Below are positions 16,677 to 26,450 of a stretch of 64,000 nt of DNA, in pieces. The translations under genes were made by a program, and so were the position numbers. Source of the stretch: a virus. Numbering within the stretch: position 1 is the stretch's first letter; every line of letters begins with the position of its first letter. The stretch lies in the IMG/VR virus record IMGVR_UViG_3300045988_087402; one strand, given 5' to 3'. The notes below the pieces were generated by a model, which was not told the DNA's origin, did not search any database, and was given only the letters and a program-made list of their open reading frames with translations.

Positions 16677-16963
16677 AAAATACTAATTATATAAATAGAT
16701 TAATTCATAGTAATAATCTTTTATTATATCTGATTATTACTTTTATATTTGTTATTATAACAGGTAAACTTTGGTGGGAATTTAAAGATATATCTGCTGC
16801 TATTGGATGTAGTATAATTATTCCTTTTGGAGTAATGATATTAAAAGAAGTTATTTATAATGTTTTTATTGTTAAATCTGGAATTTCTATGGATAGATTA
16901 TTTTCTGTTGGTATAGGTCAGATTTTAGGAATAGGAACATTATTATATTTAATATTATGGTAA
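16634..16963 (+). CDS. Small multi-TM membrane protein
   Basis: 109 aa with hydrophobic helices. It overlaps the previous small membrane gene. Confidence 0.35.
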   Translation: MACFYYIKYYLDNMKNTNYINRLIHSNNLLLYLIITFIFVIITGKLWWEFKDISAAIGCSIIIPFGVMILKEVIYNVFIVKSGISMDRLFSVGIGQILGIGTLLYLILW

Positions 16964-17114
16964 AGAGTAAGAATAAAGTCTATTGTAATGTTAAATCTAA
17001 AGTTATAGATACTTGTAAAGTAAATAAGTTTTATAATACATGGTGTTCTATATTTAGACATGATAGGTTTAATAGAGAACCTTATCCTAATCATTCTAAT
17101 AATAATAAACCTTT

Positions 17115-17765
17115 ATGATACCGGGACTGAAAGTTGAGAATGATAAGATAGTTTTAGATGTTCCTCAAATTCTATTATATAAACCTTTAGCAGCTATATA
17201 TCAAGCTGATAATTCTAATAATAAAGAATTTGCACATAAAATATTTTTATATATTGAACATGTAGCTGATAAAAAAGGTTATTGTAGAACTAAAGGATTT
17301 AGTAAACAAGAAGCTCACAAATGGGCTGCGAGAAATTCCGGACTTAAAGAATCTTATGTTCCGGATAAATTAGTTATAGATGCTATTGATTTTATTAAAA
17401 GAGAATTTGAATCACATCCTGTTGAAGATGCTATAGAAACTAATATACAAGGTATTCGAGCAAGTCTTACTCTAATATCTATAATTGCTAATGAATTAAA
17501 TAATGCAATTACTGATTATAGAAGTAATCCCAAAGAAGCTAAAATAGAAGATTTATTATCTTATGAAACAAGTATTAAAACAATGGCTTCGTATAGTGCT
17601 GATTTACCTAAGAGAATACAAGTTTTATCTGAACTTAAAAAACAATGGGATGATATAGATAAAGGTATTACTTCTATACGAGGTGGTAAATCTTATAAAA
17701 ATAGTTATGACGGAACAGATGACTTATCTCCTACAAGTGCTGGGGAAGTTGAAGAGTTGCGCTGA
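17115..17765 (+). CDS. Hypothetical protein. Its position suggests a small terminase subunit.
   Basis: 216-aa ORF immediately upstream of, and overlapping, the TerL candidate. Based on position only. Confidence 0.3.
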   Translation: MIPGLKVENDKIVLDVPQILLYKPLAAIYQADNSNNKEFAHKIFLYIEHVADKKGYCRTKGFSKQEAHKWAARNSGLKESYVPDKLVIDAIDFIKREFESHPVEDAIETNIQGIRASLTLISIIANELNNAITDYRSNPKEAKIEDLLSYETSIKTMASYSADLPKRIQVLSELKKQWDDIDKGITSIRGGKSYKNSYDGTDDLSPTSAGEVEELR

Positions 17766-20049
17766 TGTAGGATATGATTATAAAAAAGATGAATCTCCTT
17801 TTATAGATTATATATTATCTGATAAGAATGAACATAAGTTATTACGAAACTTTATAAATCCTAATACAAATAAACCTTGGATTGATAAAGATGATGACTT
17901 TTTAATGGGAGATTCTGGTGGTATTCTAATGAATATAAATTTTGTATTTGTTGGAACTGAAATATTTAGTAGAACAGCTAAGTTTTTTGATGAACATGGA
18001 GTTTATACTTTAGCTCCGGAGGGAACTTCTGAATATAAAGAATTTTGGCAAAGGGAATTTTCTCGTAGAATAAAAGGTGTTAGTGCAAGATGTAAATTAT
18101 ATTTTAAAGATATACCAGCTTATTTAAATGCTAAGACAGAAGCTGAAAGAAAAACTCTTTTACAACCACTTAGGATAACAGGCGAACATTATAATTATTT
18201 AAATTATGGTAGAATCGAGCGTGTTCCTAATGAACGTGAAAGAGCTTATCTTGATTCACAAGGTTTTACAAAAGTTAATACAGTTGAGGGTTTTCCTCGT
18301 TTTTGGGATGGTGATTATTGGAATTTTAAAATTGATGAATTAATAGCTAATAATCATTATAATTTATGTAAGGCTAAAGCTCGTCGTAAAGGATTTTCAT
18401 ATAAAAGAGGTAGTCAAGCCGCTAATACGTTAAATGCAAATAAGAATGTTACTGTTACATTAGCTGCGGATAATCTTTCTTATTTAACTGATAAAGGTGC
18501 TACTTCTTATATGGTTAAAGTTAATCTCGATTGGTATGAGAATAATACTTATTGGCAAAGAGGTTATCTTAGTGAGAATTTTGAAAATGGTATAGAACTT
18601 GGATATAAAAAGACTAAAGATGGTCAAAAGGCTTATGGTTTTAGAAGTAAACTTATAAGTGTTGCTATTGGTAAAAATGAATCTGCGGCAGTTGGTAAAA
18701 AATCTATTGAAACAGACTTTGAAGAAGCTGGAAAGTGTCCAAATCTTCAAAAAGCTCTTGATGTAATGAAATCCAATAGTGAATCAGGAGCTATTCAAAT
18801 TGGTACAATACGAGTTTACGGAACGGGTGGTACAAAGGGTGCAAACTGGGAGGCTTTTAGTAGAGCATTTTATAATCCTTCTGAAAATGACATGCTCCCT
18901 ATGGAAAACGTTTGGGATGTTAATAAAAGACATACAGTTTGTGGTTTCTTTTTTCCTCAAATTTGGTGTTACGAACCTTATATAGAAGATGGTAATTCTC
19001 TTATTTTTGATGCTTGGGAGCATGATAAGGAAAGAAAGTTTAATGCAAGAAAGAATCAAAATTCTACGAATTATAATATATTTGTTGCTCAAAGAGCTAA
19101 TACACCTTCAGAAGCTTTTATTAGTACACAAGAAAATATATTTCATAGTCCAGAATTAACTGAACATATTCAGAATTTATTACATGATAATTCTTATAAA
19201 TTTTATAAGGATGGTTGGTATATAATAGAAGATGGTATAGTTAAGTTTATAACTAAAGAAGAATGTATTAATAGAAATATATTTGGAAATCATAAATTTC
19301 ATGATTATATTACAGATGTTCCACATAATTCAAGAACTGATGTACATGGATGTGTAAGAGAATATTATCCTCCTGTTGCAAATAGTGGAAATTTATATTT
19401 TGCAGCTGTCGATGCTTATAGAGTTGATTTACTTGAAAAGAATGTTACAATAAAACATTCTTTATATTCTTTTCAAATATGGATGCGAAATAATGAAGAA
19501 TCTGGTTTTCAAGGTAAGAGACTTGTAGCTGCTTATTGTGGACGATTAGATAGTATGGAAGATAATGATAGAGTTCTTTTATATGCTTGTCTAAGATATA
19601 ATTGTAAATGTCTTATAGAAGCCGGAACTGGAGAAACTATTCCTAATTTTAAGAAATGGGGTTATAGAAAACTTCTTATGCGAGACCCTTCAACTTATAT
19701 AGATAGACATGTTAAAACTAATACAGCAGAAGCCTATGGAGTTGTTGTTGGAGATGGTGATAAAAAGTTGGAGGGACTTCGTATATGGAGAGATATGATG
19801 TATGAGGTTGTAGGATATGGTGAAGATGGTAGTCCTATATATATGTTTCAACGTATTTATGATGCTCCTTTACTTTTGGAATGTGATAGATATGTTTATG
19901 GTAAAAACTTTGATAGATTAAGTACAGCTATAGTTGCTGCATTTGAATTTCAAAAAGATAGTATATTAATAGAAAGAGCAGCTAATAAGAAAATTAATAA
20001 TTCAGAAGCTGGTAAAAATAGAAGATTATCACAAAGAATGACACGATGA
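17683..20049 (+). CDS. Terminase large subunit (candidate)
   Basis: About 790 aa and immediately upstream of the portal-like gene with an ATGA overlap. AVDAY/D-rich segments are compatible with a nuclease domain. I could not see a canonical Walker A. The true start may be M at 17707 or 17716. Confidence 0.5.
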   Translation: MVNLIKIVMTEQMTYLLQVLGKLKSCADVGYDYKKDESPFIDYILSDKNEHKLLRNFINPNTNKPWIDKDDDFLMGDSGGILMNINFVFVGTEIFSRTAKFFDEHGVYTLAPEGTSEYKEFWQREFSRRIKGVSARCKLYFKDIPAYLNAKTEAERKTLLQPLRITGEHYNYLNYGRIERVPNERERAYLDSQGFTKVNTVEGFPRFWDGDYWNFKIDELIANNHYNLCKAKARRKGFSYKRGSQAANTLNANKNVTVTLAADNLSYLTDKGATSYMVKVNLDWYENNTYWQRGYLSENFENGIELGYKKTKDGQKAYGFRSKLISVAIGKNESAAVGKKSIETDFEEAGKCPNLQKALDVMKSNSESGAIQIGTIRVYGTGGTKGANWEAFSRAFYNPSENDMLPMENVWDVNKRHTVCGFFFPQIWCYEPYIEDGNSLIFDAWEHDKERKFNARKNQNSTNYNIFVAQRANTPSEAFISTQENIFHSPELTEHIQNLLHDNSYKFYKDGWYIIEDGIVKFITKEECINRNIFGNHKFHDYITDVPHNSRTDVHGCVREYYPPVANSGNLYFAAVDAYRVDLLEKNVTIKHSLYSFQIWMRNNEESGFQGKRLVAAYCGRLDSMEDNDRVLLYACLRYNCKCLIEAGTGETIPNFKKWGYRKLLMRDPSTYIDRHVKTNTAEAYGVVVGDGDKKLEGLRIWRDMMYEVVGYGEDGSPIYMFQRIYDAPLLLECDRYVYGKNFDRLSTAIVAAFEFQKDSILIERAANKKINNSEAGKNRRLSQRMTR

Positions 20050-22364
20050 AAAGTAATGATGTTAGAACTGTAGATATGGTTGCTTATAATAAGCCTGACC
20101 AAAGAGTTAGTAATAATAAGAAACAAACTCCTGAATGGTATATTCCAAATGCTAATTATTATATTCAATTAGCTTTGGAATTAAATGATAAATATACTAC
20201 TCTTAAATTTCTTAATGCTGCTAATGGTAAAATTGATAAAAGTACATACGATTATGTTCTTAGAAGTTATACTAAAGAATTAGGAGATAAAGGTGAACAA
20301 TATGCAGATATAAGAAATATAGACTTTCTTACTCCTATTAAAGAAAGATATATGGGTGAATTTATTAATATGTTTTCTAATTATCAAGTTATTAATAATG
20401 ACCCATCTATTGTTTTATCTCGTAATGAAGCTGTAGCTGATAAAGTTATGGCTTGGGTTAATCAAGAAGTTATTAATGAACTTAATGAAAAAGGTTTTCC
20501 TACAAATCAACCTTCTAAAACTCAATTTACTCTTGATGAAACTATAGATAAAGTCCTTGAAGAATGGAGTGATAATGTAGTTATAAATGGTCAGAAAAGA
20601 TTAGAACTTATAAATTCTTTGATAAATGCTAAAGAAGTATATTTACAAATGTACTATTATTGGTGGGCATGTCAAGAATGTTATAGTTATAGATATGTTA
20701 AAGATGGAGATATTTATGTAGAATGTATATCACCTCTTGAAGCCTTTCCTGTTAATGCTGGTCATAGATATGATGAAGACGGAGAGGCTTTTGTTCGTAT
20801 TTATGCTATGAGTATAGAAGATGTTATAACTCGATTTAGAGATAAGCTAAAATCTTCTGAAATAGAATATTTGAAAAAATTATATAACTGTGGTAATAAA
20901 TACGAAGCTACAAAAGGATTAGAATGGATACGAAATCTCGAAGATTTTGGTGCAAGACAAAGTGAATTAAATACTAATTTGCAAGCTCTTTATCAAGTTA
21001 AAAGATATAGTAGAGAAATTGATGTAGCGCATTATCAATGGAAAACCGAAGTTAAACAGGGAGTTCTTACTTATGTAGATACTTTTGGAGATATTCAAGA
21101 AACACTTGTTGATGAAACTTATAAACTTAATAAAGAATTAGGTGATATAGATATTAAATGGGAATGGACACTTCAAACTTGGGAAGGTTGGAGGATAGGT
21201 GGTATGCACGAAGGTGTATATATTAAACCAGAACCTATTATTGTTCAAAGAGAAGCATTTAATAATACAGCTTCTGTAAAATTAAGTTATAATGGTATTA
21301 GAGGTTTAATTAAAGAAGATATTAGAAATCCAATTCCATATCGTATTCAACCTTATATGGCTTTATATAGGATTTATACTCTTCAACAAGAAAGGGCGAT
21401 AGCTAAGTTTAAAAGTTACTTACTATTGCCTGAATCTGTTATAGGAGATAGTAGTGAAATGACAACTGAAGAACGATTTGCTTTAGGAGCTAAAGATTCT
21501 ACATTTCCTATAGACGATGCTGATATGAATCCTACAGCTTTGCAGGCTTTTAGAGAAATAGCTAATTCTACAATAATACCTTATGTTAATGCCCTTGAGC
21601 AAATAAAAGCTAATATAAAAGCTGATGCTTATAATGAAGCTAATATGAATAATGCTCGAATGGGTGATACTAAGGATTATGCTGGTAAAGGTACTACTGA
21701 AATGAACTATGCTAATGCTGTAGCTGGTAGTGTTTGGTCTTTAGAAGTATTTAATCTATTTAGAGAAATAGATTATCAAGCAAATTTAGATTATTCAAAA
21801 GCTGCATGGATTGAAGGTAAACAAGGTGCTTATATAGACCCAAATACTAATGAAGTTGTTGTTGTAGATTTAGATGGTACATCTGATTGGAATCATAATC
21901 TTGCTGTATTTATAAGAAATAATACAGAAGTTAATAATAAACTTCGTCAAATGCAAGATTTAGCTTTTAGTGCGGCTCAAAATGGAGATTTAGATATAGC
22001 TATTGATGCAATAAGTAGTAATAGTTTACGTCAAATAGCTAAAAGAATTAAAGATGGTGTAGAAGCCCGAAGAGAATATGAAGAAAATCTTGCAAAGATT
22101 GAGCAAGAAGGTAGAGCTAATGTTGAGCAAATTATATCTGATAGAGAAGCTGCTAATAGAGAATTTGAATCTTATCAGAAACAAGCTGATAGAGATAATC
22201 AATTAGTTATCGAACAGATGAAGATTGAATCTAATGAACGAATATGGGATAAGCGACTTAAATTAGATTTGGATGGAAATGGTTATGTAAGTAAGGAAGA
22301 AGCAAGTGGTTATACAGATGCCGATATTAATATGATTAAAATGAAAAAGGAACTTAATGGGTAG
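20046..22364 (+). CDS. Portal protein (candidate)
   Basis: 772 aa. It follows the TerL candidate and has a long C-terminal charged coiled-coil tail (EENLAKIEQEGRANVEQ...). Gene order is TerL-portal-scaffold-MCP. Confidence 0.5.
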   Translation: MKSNDVRTVDMVAYNKPDQRVSNNKKQTPEWYIPNANYYIQLALELNDKYTTLKFLNAANGKIDKSTYDYVLRSYTKELGDKGEQYADIRNIDFLTPIKERYMGEFINMFSNYQVINNDPSIVLSRNEAVADKVMAWVNQEVINELNEKGFPTNQPSKTQFTLDETIDKVLEEWSDNVVINGQKRLELINSLINAKEVYLQMYYYWWACQECYSYRYVKDGDIYVECISPLEAFPVNAGHRYDEDGEAFVRIYAMSIEDVITRFRDKLKSSEIEYLKKLYNCGNKYEATKGLEWIRNLEDFGARQSELNTNLQALYQVKRYSREIDVAHYQWKTEVKQGVLTYVDTFGDIQETLVDETYKLNKELGDIDIKWEWTLQTWEGWRIGGMHEGVYIKPEPIIVQREAFNNTASVKLSYNGIRGLIKEDIRNPIPYRIQPYMALYRIYTLQQERAIAKFKSYLLLPESVIGDSSEMTTEERFALGAKDSTFPIDDADMNPTALQAFREIANSTIIPYVNALEQIKANIKADAYNEANMNNARMGDTKDYAGKGTTEMNYANAVAGSVWSLEVFNLFREIDYQANLDYSKAAWIEGKQGAYIDPNTNEVVVVDLDGTSDWNHNLAVFIRNNTEVNNKLRQMQDLAFSAAQNGDLDIAIDAISSNSLRQIAKRIKDGVEARREYEENLAKIEQEGRANVEQIISDREAANREFESYQKQADRDNQLVIEQMKIESNERIWDKRLKLDLDGNGYVSKEEASGYTDADINMIKMKKELNG

Positions 22365-22381
22365 ACTACATAATTTTCAAT

Positions 22382-22398
22382 GCCGCTCTCCCAGCGGC
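22382..22398 (+). terminator. GC-rich hairpin GCCGCT-CTCCC-AGCGGC just after the portal stop, followed by (AATGGCCTTTA)x3 at 22401-22436
   Basis: Direct reading. There is no immediate U-tract. A T-rich run follows the GGCC repeats. Confidence 0.35.
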
Positions 22399-22493
22399 CT
22401 GTAATGGCCTTTAAATGGCCTTTAAATGGCCTAAATTTCGATTATTTTTCTTTTACCTTTGTAATATACATCTATAATAAATAATTCGATAAT

Positions 22494-23813
22494 ATGAGTA
22501 TAGAAAGCGAAAATGGCGGGGTAAAAAAACCTATTATGCCTGTAAAGATTGGAAAACCTGCTACTGTAAATGTAAAGGATTCTAATATTGAAAATGAATC
22601 TTCTAATGAAGAAAAAGATAAGAATGAAGATAATTCTTCTGTAACCGGAAATGATACTTCTGAAAGTAATGAATCTTCTAATGAAACAAATGAAGATAAT
22701 AATACAAACGAAGTAGAAATTGATGGTGAAATATATAATTTAGATTCTGAGGGAAATGCTACTAAGGACGGAAATATTGTTTTTACTAAGGAGCAAATTT
22801 CGTCAATGAATGAAATAAATAGTGATGATTCTTTGGAAAGTGAAGTATCCGAAAATGCTTCTGTAGAACTTATTTCTAATCTTAGTGGCATTGTTCCCTT
22901 AGATGATAATGGAGAACCTATATCTTATGAATGGTCTGCTGAAGGATTAGCTAAACGAGAATCAGATATATATCAAATTGGTTTAGCTAATGGATTTAAA
23001 ACTAATTTTGATAAGTTTTTAAAAGATAATCCTGATATTGCAGCTATTATTGATTATAAATCTCGTTTTGGTACTATAGAAGGATATAATTCTTCACATG
23101 ATTATATTAAGATGACAGTACCTGATGATGAAGATGCTAAATTTAGATTAATATATGATGCTGAAATTCAGAGAGGTAATTCTCCTGAACGAGCTAAACG
23201 AATAGCTGAATTTGCTAAGACGAATAATACTCTTGATGAAGATGCTCAAATATCTTTAGAATTTCTTAAGAAGAATCAGGAAGCTGCTATTGAACAACGT
23301 CGTAAAGAAGTTGAAGATGCACAACGTGAATTATTTGCTAAAGAGTTAGCTTTTTACGGAGTCGATTATAGTAATGGAAAAGAAACTGTAATTGAAGATG
23401 CAAAAGGAAGTCTTTACGATTGTATAGTAAATAATGGTTCTTTAAAGAATTATACTATTCCTATTGAAGGTATAAATATAAAGACTGATAAAGGTATAAA
23501 GAAAATTTCTCGAAAAGAGCTTTTTGATTATATTTCCAAACCTGTTAAAGAAATTGATGGAAATTATTATACACAAGCTCAACTTGATGAACTTAAACAA
23601 TTATCTAATCCAGAGGAATATGCTCTTCGTTGTATTATGAATCTTAATGGTGGTATAGATTCTCTTATTGAACGTAAAGCTGTTGATAAAGAAATTAAAC
23701 GTTTAAGAAGTCTTACTTCCACTAAAAATACTTCAAAAGCTCGTGCTTCTAAATTGGGAGAAACTAATGGAGAAAAAGTTAAACTTAATCTTCCTATAAA
23801 GACTCAAAAATAA
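22494..23813 (+). CDS. Acidic protein (Ser/Asn/Glu/Asp-rich N-terminus). Candidate scaffolding/head-assembly protein.
   Basis: Sits between portal and MCP candidates. Low-complexity acidic N-terminal third. The antisense ORF 22472-22891 is an artefact. Confidence 0.35.
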   Translation: MSIESENGGVKKPIMPVKIGKPATVNVKDSNIENESSNEEKDKNEDNSSVTGNDTSESNESSNETNEDNNTNEVEIDGEIYNLDSEGNATKDGNIVFTKEQISSMNEINSDDSLESEVSENASVELISNLSGIVPLDDNGEPISYEWSAEGLAKRESDIYQIGLANGFKTNFDKFLKDNPDIAAIIDYKSRFGTIEGYNSSHDYIKMTVPDDEDAKFRLIYDAEIQRGNSPERAKRIAEFAKTNNTLDEDAQISLEFLKKNQEAAIEQRRKEVEDAQRELFAKELAFYGVDYSNGKETVIEDAKGSLYDCIVNNGSLKNYTIPIEGINIKTDKGIKKISRKELFDYISKPVKEIDGNYYTQAQLDELKQLSNPEEYALRCIMNLNGGIDSLIERKAVDKEIKRLRSLTSTKNTSKARASKLGETNGEKVKLNLPIKTQK

Positions 23814-23869
23814 TTATAAATGGACATCTTGCCAATAATAAACAAATACATTAATTAAATCATTTAACA

Positions 23870-25345
23870 ATGAGAGAACTTGGTGTTGTAAAATTTGATT
23901 CTAAAACATATTCTGATAGGAATATGATTTTGAACTTTAATCTTGCTACTCCTGCTGAAATAGATATGAATCTTACATATCTTTGGGGACGAGATGAAGA
24001 CCGATTCCCACTTCTTACTTTAACTGCTGGTCAAGGAGCTATTGATTCTAAAGTTAAAGTTAATGGTGGAGATACTCAGTACACTTGGCCTATTGCAACT
24101 CGTCTTCGTGTTACTTCAAGAGTTAAGAAACTTATTACTACCACAAATACTCCGGGTATTAATTTTGGTACTATCGAAGTATTAATGGAAGATAATTGGT
24201 TTATTTATCAGCATACTGCTATTTCTCCGAGTGGTGTACAATTTCGTATTCAGAATGAGGGTATAGCTTCTGAAATGGGTGGCTACATTTATCGTTTTAC
24301 GAATATGAGTGGAAATGCTGAAAATTATGCTCCTACAAGTGATTTCAATCCGGGTGCAGTTTGGGCTTTAGGTGCTCCTACTATTCCGGGTTCTAAATCT
24401 GACGGTAATAGGAGTAATAATCAAGCTCCTGCTAAAGCTATTAATCAGTATGGTTATTATCGTTTCTCTAAAGAGATTGCTGGTAATATGAGTAATCTTG
24501 TAGTGAATATTGAATTTCCTACTGAAGGTGGTGGTACGACAAATCTTTGGATGCCTTATGAGATGAAAGTTTGGGAAATTACTCGTAGGGAAATGCTTGA
24601 AGAAGATTTATGGTTTAGCGAATATAATAGGGATGTAAATGGTATTATTCATCTTACTGATGAAAAGACTGGAGAAGCTATTCCTCGTGGAGCTGGAGTT
24701 CGTGATATTCTTAGGGCTGTAGGTAATTATGAAACTTATGGTCCAATTCTTACTCTTTCTCGTCTGGATAGGATTATTCACCGTATCTTTGATAGTCGTA
24801 TAGATACTATTGTTAAAGAGATTGTACTTTATTGTGGTAAAGGTTTCTCTTATATGTTTAACGATGCTATTTATCGAGATGCTCGTTTTAAAAACTATTT
24901 TGTAACTCTTGGTGCTAACGAAATTGAAAGTGCTGGTGGTTGGATGTCTTATGGTAAATATTTCAATAAATATAAACTTATAAATGGACAGACACTTACT
25001 ATCAAAGTAGTTGATATATTTGATAATGGTATTCGTGCTCGTCGAGATAGGGAAGCTGGTCGTACATATAATGGTCTTCCTTTAACTTCTTATACAGCTG
25101 TATTTATGGACCATAGTCTTGGTATGGATAATAAGTCAAATATACAGTTTGTATGTGAGGAAGGTCGTGAGTATAAAGCTGGTGTATATCTTGGTATGGC
25201 AGATGTTCCTGATTCTTGGCGTGCAGCTAAGACTAATCAGCTTTCTGACCGACAGGATATAGCAAGTTATGAAGTTCTTGGTTCACAAGGTATAAATATT
25301 AAGAATCCTACTACTTCGTTCTGGTTGGATTTTGCGCTCGAATAA
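23870..25345 (+). CDS. Major capsid protein (candidate)
   Basis: 491 aa. It follows the scaffold-like gene and is followed by a perfect 12-bp hairpin terminator. Its size is typical of an HK97-fold MCP in large podophages. Confidence 0.5.
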   Translation: MRELGVVKFDSKTYSDRNMILNFNLATPAEIDMNLTYLWGRDEDRFPLLTLTAGQGAIDSKVKVNGGDTQYTWPIATRLRVTSRVKKLITTTNTPGINFGTIEVLMEDNWFIYQHTAISPSGVQFRIQNEGIASEMGGYIYRFTNMSGNAENYAPTSDFNPGAVWALGAPTIPGSKSDGNRSNNQAPAKAINQYGYYRFSKEIAGNMSNLVVNIEFPTEGGGTTNLWMPYEMKVWEITRREMLEEDLWFSEYNRDVNGIIHLTDEKTGEAIPRGAGVRDILRAVGNYETYGPILTLSRLDRIIHRIFDSRIDTIVKEIVLYCGKGFSYMFNDAIYRDARFKNYFVTLGANEIESAGGWMSYGKYFNKYKLINGQTLTIKVVDIFDNGIRARRDREAGRTYNGLPLTSYTAVFMDHSLGMDNKSNIQFVCEEGREYKAGVYLGMADVPDSWRAAKTNQLSDRQDIASYEVLGSQGINIKNPTTSFWLDFALE

Positions 25346-25356
25346 TTGATGCTGAC

Positions 25357-25386
25357 GGGAGTAGGAATGAAGATATTCCTACTCCC
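25357..25386 (+). terminator. Perfect 12-bp stem GGGAGTAGGAAT / ATTCCTACTCCC with a 6-nt loop, 11 nt after the MCP stop
   Basis: Direct reading. It is followed by an AT-rich tract. Confidence 0.6.
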
Positions 25387-25428
25387 TAAATTAATATATA
25401 AAAGATTAGTAACTTAGATATTAATAAA

Positions 25429-26445
25429 ATGATTAGAGTAAATCGTATCATTCGTATTGAATGGAAAAATAATCCTTCTGTTTTTGAATTAAAGAATAAA
25501 GAAGCTTTTGGTACTACTTCCTTACGTCTTGGAAGTTCTACTCGTGCTGTTCAACATTTACTTGCTCGTAGTGAAGAATTAAAAGTTATATTACCAACTG
25601 TTGTAGGAACTTCACCTAATGATTCTGATTGGCAAGATAAAGTAGGTATGTATCTTAATGATTTTTTCATGGAGATACCTCGTGGTGGATTAACTATGGA
25701 TTGTGGTTATACTTTTGATGTTTATGAAAGTCGTATCGCTAATGATTTAAAATCATATGAAGCAACTCTTCCTAAAGCAGCAGATGATAATAATCGAGAA
25801 AAATATATTTTAAATTGTATTCAAGGTAAGTTATATGATGGTAAATTTAAAGTTTCTGAAGAGAATCTTTATAGATATGTAACTTTTAATAATCCTGTTG
25901 AATATATAAATTGGAGAATGTGTCTTAATCACGGTAAGGTAGCTAATAGTGTTGAAGATATAAGAAAGAGTACTAATATAGAATTTTATCTTACTTCGGA
26001 AGAACAGATTCTTGAAGCTAAACGTAATATTACGAAACTTAGGAATAATGCTATTAAGTTTTATAATGATATAATATCGGATACAGATATTAGTACAATT
26101 AATCCTTATATTATATCTTCAGGACTTGTAAATAGTATTGATTATTATAAGAGTTTGAATTTCGAGGATAAATGCTCTTTACTTCTTGATATGTGTAATA
26201 ATAATCCAGAGGGATTTTTGAAGCTAAAAGAAGATAAAAATCTTAATACACGTTCTAAGATTATATTATACGTTTGGTATGGTATTCTAAAATATCTTCC
26301 TAATAGTACAACGATAGTTGACGCAGCTGATGTTGAAAAGACTATAGGAAATACTATGGAAGAAGCTATATCTTATTTCTCAAATGATTTACATAAAGCA
26401 CATGTAGCTGAAATGTATAATCGTTATAAAAGTCTTAAAAATTAA
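25429..26445 (+). CDS. Hypothetical virion/head protein
   Basis: 338-aa ORF in the head module. Confidence 0.4.
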   Translation: MIRVNRIIRIEWKNNPSVFELKNKEAFGTTSLRLGSSTRAVQHLLARSEELKVILPTVVGTSPNDSDWQDKVGMYLNDFFMEIPRGGLTMDCGYTFDVYESRIANDLKSYEATLPKAADDNNREKYILNCIQGKLYDGKFKVSEENLYRYVTFNNPVEYINWRMCLNHGKVANSVEDIRKSTNIEFYLTSEEQILEAKRNITKLRNNAIKFYNDIISDTDISTINPYIISSGLVNSIDYYKSLNFEDKCSLLLDMCNNNPEGFLKLKEDKNLNTRSKIILYVWYGILKYLPNSTTIVDAADVEKTIGNTMEEAISYFSNDLHKAHVAEMYNRYKSLKN

Positions 26446-26450
26446 TTATC

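Noticed and set aside
17683-17765. Programmed frameshift joining 17115-17765 to the TerL candidate
   Set aside because: An 80-nt overlap exists, but in-frame ATGs at 17707 and 17716 give a conventional start with a short overlap. No slippery heptamer was identified.
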